Below, one piece after another: positions 61,101 through 64,000 of a stretch of DNA of 64,000 nt; position 1 is the stretch's first letter, and each line of letters begins with the position of its first letter. Under the pieces are notes generated by a model. The model did not search any database. It saw only the letters and a program-made list of their open reading frames with translations, and was not told the DNA's origin. The position numbers and the translations under genes are program-made. Source of the stretch: a bacterium (GTDB lineage: Bacteria > Zhuqueibacterota > Zhuqueibacteria > Residuimicrobiales > Krinioviventaceae). The DNA lies in contig CAXXFV010000015.1 in the NCBI GenBank assembly GCA_963674595.2, positions 160,001 through 224,000 of the forward strand. Direction: 5' to 3'.

Positions 61101-62841
61101 CGAGATCAATGTAAACGATCATGCTGCCAGTAAATTTTTGATTGCTCCGGCATTGGATGATCCTGAAATACCAATGGATGATGCTCAAATTGTTGGTGTT
61201 CAGTTCTTTGTTGAAATTATCGCTCTTGACAGTCATGATAGTTTGGATACTAACTTTCCTTATTTAATTGAATTGTCCAGTAATCTTACCCAGGATGAAA
61301 TTGATCTTCCGGACGGACCGTCTCGTTTAACCAATGGTGTAGGTTATTTTCCGGTAACATGTTGGAAAGAAACAGACAATCTGTTAATTACCGTTTCAGT
61401 TCCTAATGTAGATCAATACACTCTCGTTTATAATACATCCGATCCGATTACTGTTGTTCCTCCGGTTATAGATACTCCGGACACTTTAATCGTCCGTGAT
61501 TATCGAGGCGCCGATGGATTGGGTGATCAGGGTGGTTATGTCCAGTTTGTTTTTGATTATTCCGCCAATCATCCGGGTATCGGTATCGATAATATCATCA
61601 GCTATTATCAGATATACCGAAAAACATTTAATGAAGGCATCCCTGAAATATCTCATTGGTGTACAATACCGGCAACAGATCCTGGTGACACCGGTGCAGA
61701 TTCGCTTATTACCGGGCCTGTTTATACCGGTGACAATGTATTGTCTCAATGGATGGTACGTGCCGTATATACAAAAGCTCTAAATTCTAAAAATGCCACG
61801 ATTACAACGGATCAAGCCGGCACAGAACCGCGGTTAATCCGCCGTGCGGGACGTGTTGTTCTGAGAACTGAAGACAACGGCATTTCAACGACGTATGCTG
61901 ATCAAATTCAGTATGTATCCGGTTATGCCATGGCAAATGGTCGTGCAATTGATAATATAGCACCAAAATCACCTGAATATCTGCTGGCAGATAAAGAAGG
62001 TGTTACTGTTAATTTGCATTGGCAAAAAGTAACAGTCGGTATTAACGGTATGCCTGAAATTACCCCGGTTAAATATGAATTATTCTCTAACAATTCCAAA
62101 GCATATTTTAATCCGGCAACCGAAGGAACGCTCATTGCCACATTATCTGACACAACCTATATGGTCAACAGTGAAGATTTGAGAGCTTTCTTCTGTGTAC
62201 GTGCTATAGACAGCGATAATCAATCAGAACTTTCTGATCGTGTTGGAAAATATGGTTTCCATTTGGATCGTGGAGAGAATTCTGTTTATAATTATATTTC
62301 ATTTCCATTGCACAATTCTTTTGAAAATGCAAAAGGATTGGCAAATAAATTTAAAGGTATTGAAGTTGCCTTGCAGCTTGAAGAACGAACCAACGGATTC
62401 AGTAAATATTATTTGCCTGATTTAAATTTTGGTCAAAATTTTGAGTTGCATGTTGGTATGCCTTTGTTGTTATCCTTGAAAAAATCAGCAGAAGCCTCCT
62501 GGTTCTATTCCGGCCGTGTACCTGCTGCAGAATCTGTACAGTTTGCATTGAATAGAAGTGCGGCTGGTTCCTACAATGAAATCACAGTACCTCTTGATAA
62601 AACGAATATCAAGACAGCCGATGATTTGGCCAAAGATATTGGCGGTGTTGAAGTTGTTTTGAAACTGAATCCGGAAACAAATGGTTTCAGTCAATTCTGG
62701 ATTCCGTCTATAAAATACGGTACTAATTTTGAAATTGCTCCAGGTGAGGCAGTTTTAATTAACGTCAATAATTCAGCACCTGCTGTATGGCCGACATATT
62801 CTACTTCTGTCGTTCAGGTAACTAACGTAGCGGAAGAATAA
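58198..62841 (+). CDS. Giant secreted repetitive (Ig-like/FN3) surface protein without a T9SS tail
   Basis: Signal peptide MKNSSKQ...VMA-Q after a GGAGG RBS; repeated D-x-x-x-P-x-I domain starts; duplicated C-terminal ~90-aa module. Confidence 0.85.
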   Translation: MKNSSKQMVMFLVAFMLILSFSQIVMAQNGTIANRETADPQQTGYAKWIKITVKGGPGGNDNLDDNFLGMKFLVDLNVDLDNNENTHTGDVYELRGNIAGEIVSTPTGTNDYDSYFYLPVKQGTDTPYPVGETGYPTSLQPRVWLQTSGQLRVGTAPFSFPIGIDAQFEICDDGIKPVIRKAYYYDDGTGNTIAVANVHSGNITPFDGRIDRVDLIWSEPMQTPATPAVVNGMFTNLGSTIYGIEPVGEWNVTPAVIANPETYLDPAAVQQELGQFRFTFYPFSSQPNSGIQPILNYNPPASPDDRFRELRDSANPYAYAQTRALTDKAGPAIVSAKTKRANRRQPLANALTSRRIEVTFSEPVLLSTVTGSDFEVFTNGTLNPITGIISPVAPTTSSSVYEFQLTNNFATENETGTIQYTDVETNEVRDILGNVNGHSTAQEPPVRPANSRGLVIPITDGIFPNIIQVTTVDADPATQMATGGTWGWGYLDYVDVLFDHAMNITRTSVSGFSVSGMGIQTVGGTGVWLEDGRTFRVPLVATDPKLPNTGIIPTVTYTNPADPYGCEATNGGNAENLLSTDTYVSSNNYLAVQILDGAGPAIIKAYTAGRKRIRVSFSEKVNTNGWPTSLATSQAPTRFKWYVGATLSDPITTTIFFTGLSGGRQDSVVYLNHNSSEWAKTDSGGINFFAQGAVFDLNGIQNMQWDNDNSLLIRNLTNPDVKVRRDNIAPILLVLETVDIDLDGKLDHYRFSFDDLSPIFPRSSFNVANWSITGYDGVKNNLQVDLNVYNPFHSFFQPTAINTFGDTVEVFVKFDETTGAGPEVTPYGGDTGDVPDVVVDANNGFADWADNVMAALPVGLTVEADKAGPAIMSARTVNTYQVETFISENLKSSTINKEDFVLDMGLNVGIGWSFDNVTQVSPGKVVITVYQNPTLFWSPTQNGTVQFSEVGVVTDNISGTDNGNMQVAEINVNDHAASKFLIAPALDDPEIPMDDAQIVGVQFFVEIIALDSHDSLDTNFPYLIELSSNLTQDEIDLPDGPSRLTNGVGYFPVTCWKETDNLLITVSVPNVDQYTLVYNTSDPITVVPPVIDTPDTLIVRDYRGADGLGDQGGYVQFVFDYSANHPGIGIDNIISYYQIYRKTFNEGIPEISHWCTIPATDPGDTGADSLITGPVYTGDNVLSQWMVRAVYTKALNSKNATITTDQAGTEPRLIRRAGRVVLRTEDNGISTTYADQIQYVSGYAMANGRAIDNIAPKSPEYLLADKEGVTVNLHWQKVTVGINGMPEITPVKYELFSNNSKAYFNPATEGTLIATLSDTTYMVNSEDLRAFFCVRAIDSDNQSELSDRVGKYGFHLDRGENSVYNYISFPLHNSFENAKGLANKFKGIEVALQLEERTNGFSKYYLPDLNFGQNFELHVGMPLLLSLKKSAEASWFYSGRVPAAESVQFALNRSAAGSYNEITVPLDKTNIKTADDLAKDIGGVEVVLKLNPETNGFSQFWIPSIKYGTNFEIAPGEAVLINVNNSAPAVWPTYSTSVVQVTNVAEE

Positions 62842-62851
62842 ATTAAAAGTT

Positions 62852-62887
62852 TTTTACTGTTGCAGGAATTTTCCTGCAACAGTAAAA
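62852..62887. other. Perfect 17-bp intercistronic inverted repeat
   Basis: TTTTACTGTTGCAGGAA-tt-TTCCTGCAACAGTAAAA; no U-tract on the plus strand. Confidence 0.85.
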
Positions 62888-62923
62888 TTAAGATAAAGAT
62901 TTTTTGATGAACTGGAGGTTAAA

Positions 62924-63874
62924 ATGAAAATTAGAGCTCTGAACATGCTGATGATTGGGCTGCTGTGCATGGCCACATTAGCTCAAGCTCAGTTGCTGCC
63001 TCATATAATTTCGGGAAAGGTTAAAAATCCCGATGGCAGTTATCCAAGTGAAAATGAAATAAAATTTCAGGGGTATTTAACAGAGTCCCCTGGTGATACC
63101 ACAACAACCGAAGCCTGTGCCGACAGTGGTGGTTGGGCTATTGAAGTTGTTTTTGGTGTACCAAACAGTAACTGGCAAGCAGGCGACACACTTGTTGTTG
63201 TTTTTGAAAACATCGGTGGCGGTGAGTTCCACGGTGCAAAACAAACACTTGTTTACGAAACAACCGGAATTGGGCTGAAAGAAGTAGTGCCTGATTTTGA
63301 ATTACCTGTAGAGTTGACAATGTTTACAGCAAGCGTTGAATATGGTACTTTTGCTGAAGAAGTTAAACTGGAATGGCGTACTGTTGGTGAAACCAATAAT
63401 CATGGCTTTGAGGTACAAAAAAGTCTTGATAACAAAAGCTATGAAAAAATCGGATTTATTAACGGCGCCGGTTCAACAAATAACGCACAATCATATCAAT
63501 TTTTTGATGAAAATGTTAAAACCGGAACATATTTTTATCGTTTAAGACAAATTGATTACGATGGTACGAGCACCACATCTGATGCTCAAAAAGTTAATGT
63601 TGCTCCTCCGCAAACATATGAATTGAGCCAGAATTTCCCAAATCCCTTTAATCCGACTACCGAAATTATTTTCCGGGTTAAAGAAGAGAACAAAGTTACC
63701 ATCGCCGTATATGATATTTTAGGACGCGAAGTTGCCATGCTTGTTAATAAAAATATGGAAGCCGGAACGCACCGGATTACTTTTGACGGTCGGAATTTAG
63801 CTTCCGGAATGTATTTGTATCGTATGAAATCAGGCGATTATAGTGCTGTTAAAAAGATGGCATTGATTAAGTAG
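62924..63874 (+). CDS. Small secreted protein with T9SS C-terminal domain
   Basis: Signal peptide (AQA-Q), ~105-aa N-terminal domain, PVELTMFTA...ETNNHGF, QNFPNPFNP...ASGMYLYR..KKMALIK. Confidence 0.9.
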   Translation: MKIRALNMLMIGLLCMATLAQAQLLPHIISGKVKNPDGSYPSENEIKFQGYLTESPGDTTTTEACADSGGWAIEVVFGVPNSNWQAGDTLVVVFENIGGGEFHGAKQTLVYETTGIGLKEVVPDFELPVELTMFTASVEYGTFAEEVKLEWRTVGETNNHGFEVQKSLDNKSYEKIGFINGAGSTNNAQSYQFFDENVKTGTYFYRLRQIDYDGTSTTSDAQKVNVAPPQTYELSQNFPNPFNPTTEIIFRVKEENKVTIAVYDILGREVAMLVNKNMEAGTHRITFDGRNLASGMYLYRMKSGDYSAVKKMALIK

Positions 63875-63925
63875 GTTCCATTGTTCGGAAAGCCGTCTTA
63901 AACCTCCCTTCGGTTTTCCAATATC

Positions 63926-63966
63926 AAAAAAAAGCTCGATCATTAATTTGATCGAGCTTTTTTTTT
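63926..63966 (+). terminator. Intrinsic terminator
   Basis: A8-GCTCGATCA-ttaatt-TGATCGAGC-T9. Confidence 0.92.
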
Positions 63967-64000
63967 ATTTTATTTTTCTAAAAAGTTTTCTTGAAATGTC

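Noticed and set aside
62820-62930. Giant protein and T9SS protein as one gene broken by an error
   Set aside because: There is a clean stop, an 82-nt spacer with a perfect hairpin, a GGAGG RBS and a separate signal peptide.
1-64000. Short antisense/overlapping ORFs in the ORF track; CRISPR arrays, IS elements, prophage, rRNA and tRNA
   Set aside because: The short ORFs are shadows of well-supported genes. No repeat-spacer array, transposase, integrase, phage gene or structural RNA gene was recognised by eye.

Overview
AT-rich bacterial chromosomal window. The T9SS-type C-terminal domains (PVEL...ETNN.GF...QN[YF]PNPFNP) and the gene content suggest an FCB-group lineage such as KSB1 or Calditrichota; this assignment is inference. 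Housekeeping and transport blocks are: exbB-exbD-exbD-tonB; ECF sigma-dsbD; an amidase and a sialidase-like lipoprotein; envC-like-holB-PSP1-metG-tatD-rsmA-mgtE-recO-glyQS; pheA-pfp-GPx; an SSS symporter; MFS transporters; a Yip1-TolC-MFP-ABC exporter operon; and the CCA-adding enzyme. The most striking unannotated structure is a nitrogen-scavenging island at 11.6-18.3 kb: glnK-amt-porin and amt-glnK operons lie divergent from a NifA-like GAF-AAA+ sigma54 activator. Each operon has a -24/-12 promoter and two pairs of a palindromic box (c[T/G]ACA-W4-TGT[A/C]g, pairs spaced 29-30 bp) that matches neither the NifA nor the NtrC consensus. A second highlight is a ~1550-aa repetitive surface protein with no T9SS tail, with a dual sigma70/sigma54 promoter region and an adjacent small T9SS-tailed partner. 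There are two homopolymer frameshifts and two in-frame TAA stops. No rRNA, tRNA, CRISPR array or mobile element was seen. All calls come from reading the sequence by eye; no database searches were run.
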